From assembly GCA_964532495.1 (NCBI GenBank), contig CAZHJZ010000006.1:1-53487 (forward strand): a stretch of DNA of 53,487 bases, given 5' to 3'. Below are positions 52,096-53,487 of the stretch, one piece after another. Each line of letters begins with the position of its first letter. The stretch's first letter is position 1. The position numbers and the translations under genes are program-made. Source of the stretch: an uncultured Candidatus Saccharibacteria bacterium (GTDB lineage: Bacteria > Patescibacteriota > Minisyncoccia > Phycocordibacterales > UBA9973). The notes beneath the pieces were generated by a model, which was not told the DNA's origin, ran no database searches, and saw only the letters and a list, made by a program, of their open reading frames with translations.

Positions 52096-53487
52096 TTATC
52101 CAATATTATCTACTGGTTTCTCGAGCACTTCGCGCGGTTTTGCACCGTTTCCTGCGCTCACGATACCGTGCTCTTCAAGCATGTCTATGAGACGTGCAGC
52201 ACGGGCATAACCAATACCGAGCTTTCGCTGAAGGAATGATGTAGAGGCTTTTTGGGTTTCAATCACGATCTGACGGGCTTCCTCGTACATATCGTCGTCC
52301 GGTTCATCGCCAACGCCGTCTATTTGTGCTTCAAAGATTGATTTGTCAGCTGAAATGTTGCTTCCTGTGAGGTTCAGTTCGTTTTGGATCTCATCAGCGT
52401 AGTTATCGACGAGGAACTTAACAACTTTCTTAACTTCATCTTCTGAGATATATGCTGATTGGAGACGCTCCGGTGATGACATTTCGCCGGATGAATAGAG
52501 CGTATCGCCGGCACCGAGGAGTTTTTCAGCACCAGGAGTATCTAGAATAGTTCGTGAGTCGATTTGTGAAGCCACCTGAAGAGCGATACGAGCAGGGACG
52601 TTAGCTTTGATCAAGCCGGTAACGACGTTAACCGAAGGACGCTGAGTAGAGAGAATAAGGTGGATACCGACGGCGCGTGACATTTGGGCGAGGCGAACAA
52701 TGCCAGATTCAAGTTCGCGAGGGTATGTTTGCATGATATCTGCCAACTCGTCGATAATAATGACGATGAATGGAAGCTTCTCAAGACCCCCTTCTTTCTG
52801 TGCGTCATCTTTGCCGCGCTTTTTGTTGTATGACTCAATATCTCGTACTGCTTCTTTTTCGAGCATGTTATAGCGTCGATCCATTTCTTTGGCTGCCCAC
52901 TTGAGCGCGAGGATGGCTTTTTTAGGATCGGTGATAACTGGAGTGAGAAGGTGAGGGATCTTGTTATAAAGGGTAAGTTCCACTCGCTTTGGGTCTACGA
53001 AAATGAAACGAAGATCTTCTGGGCCGTTCTTATAGAGAAGTGACGTGATGATGGTATGGATGGTTACTGACTTACCTGATCCTGTTGCTCCAGCAATAAG
53101 CGCGTGAGGCATTTTTGCGAGGTTAGCAACGATAGATGTTCCAGCAACGTTTCTACCAAGGGCGAGCATGAGCGGCTTCTCTGCGTGACTGAACTTTTCA
53201 TCAGCGAGCAGGGAAGCAAGCCCGACCATGGATTTTTCTTTGTTTGGGATTTCAATACCGACGAGGGACTTTCCAGGGATCGGAGCCTCAATACGAATTG
53301 TCTTTGCGGAAAGGGCGAGGGCGAGATCGCTTGAGAGTCCGGTGATGCGTGAGAGCTTAACACCTTGTGCAGGCTTGAGTGCATACCGAGTAATGGAAGG
53401 ACCGACAGTGATCTCATCCATTTCAACTTCAATGCCGAAGTTTTGAAGTGTTCGCTTGATGATGTTTGAGTTTGCTTTGATGTCTCC
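52096..53487 (-). CDS. ftsK: FtsK/SpoIIIE DNA translocase, C-terminal motor and gamma domains (partial; the N-terminus lies beyond the window)
   Basis: Walker A GATGSGKS, IIIDELAD (Walker B), the RIALQV region, and a winged-helix gamma domain (ASTSFLQRKLGIGYARAARLIDMLEEHGIV). The reading frame stays open to the window edge. Confidence 0.9.
   Translation of the reverse strand, partial: GDIKANSNIIKRTLQNFGIEVEMDEITVGPSITRYALKPAQGVKLSRITGLSSDLALALSAKTIRIEAPIPGKSLVGIEIPNKEKSMVGLASLLADEKFSHAEKPLMLALGRNVAGTSIVANLAKMPHALIAGATGSGKSVTIHTIITSLLYKNGPEDLRFIFVDPKRVELTLYNKIPHLLTPVITDPKKAILALKWAAKEMDRRYNMLEKEAVRDIESYNKKRGKDDAQKEGGLEKLPFIVIIIDELADIMQTYPRELESGIVRLAQMSRAVGIHLILSTQRPSVNVVTGLIKANVPARIALQVASQIDSRTILDTPGAEKLLGAGDTLYSSGEMSSPERLQSAYISEDEVKKVVKFLVDNYADEIQNELNLTGSNISADKSIFEAQIDGVGDEPDDDMYEEARQIVIETQKASTSFLQRKLGIGYARAARLIDMLEEHGIVSAGNGAKPREVLEKPVDNIG

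Noticed and set aside
1-53487. CRISPR arrays, tRNA/rRNA genes, transposases, integrases, prophage genes and a diversity-generating retroelement
   Set aside because: I saw no regularly spaced direct repeats, no T-loop (GGTTCGAATCC-like) sequence in any intergenic region, no reverse transcriptase, recombinase or capsid-like ORF, and no long template/variable repeat pair.
1-53487. An alternative genetic code (UGA recoded, as in some candidate phyla)
   Set aside because: Conserved genes end at TGA at the expected length (for example the MazG-like gene, metG, and the AI-2E gene with its ATGA overlap), and no conserved protein is interrupted by in-frame TGA.

Overview
The window reads as a chromosomal segment from a small-genome bacterium, possibly CPR/Patescibacteria-like (inference from gene content only). 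It uses the standard code (TAA, TAG and TGA all terminate well-supported genes) and has short, tightly packed operons, near-consensus sigma70 promoters and many clean intrinsic terminators. I support about 55 CDS. Translation genes are the rplK 3' end, ileS, argS, glyQS, metG, efp and rpsF-ssb-rpsR. DNA maintenance genes are recA, recO and a partial ftsK. A complete dTMP cycle is scattered along the window: thyA, folA, glyA, dut, tmk and dCMP deaminase. There are also nucleotide salvage and sanitation genes (deoxyribosyltransferase-like, MazG-like, two Nudix, HD, three CYTH), a YhhQ-type transporter, a CofE-like ligase, a DEAD-box helicase, an M16 peptidase, TatD, transporters, and roughly 20 hypothetical or membrane-anchored proteins. 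I recognised no rRNA, tRNA, CRISPR array, transposase, integrase or reverse transcriptase. The observations most worth a second look are: (1) an in-frame, roughly 200-aa histidine-phosphatase (PGAM-like) domain with intact catalytic motifs inserted inside isoleucyl-tRNA synthetase; (2) a T-box leader with terminator and antiterminator in front of that ileS; (3) an unexplained roughly 540-bp non-coding region upstream of it, with tail-to-tail terminators, a 24-bp perfect palindrome, an 89-nt cytosine-free purine tract and paired AT-rich palindromic repeats; (4) a tightly coupled glyA-CYTH-SDR-HD-CYTH-Nudix operon plus a second glyQS-CYTH-Nudix unit; (5) a 565-aa cysteine-rich protein with duplicated zinc-ribbon ends, divergent from a TrmB-like regulator; (6) an EF-P whose normally invariant KPGKG loop is replaced. 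All functional calls come from motif recognition by eye. No database search was run.
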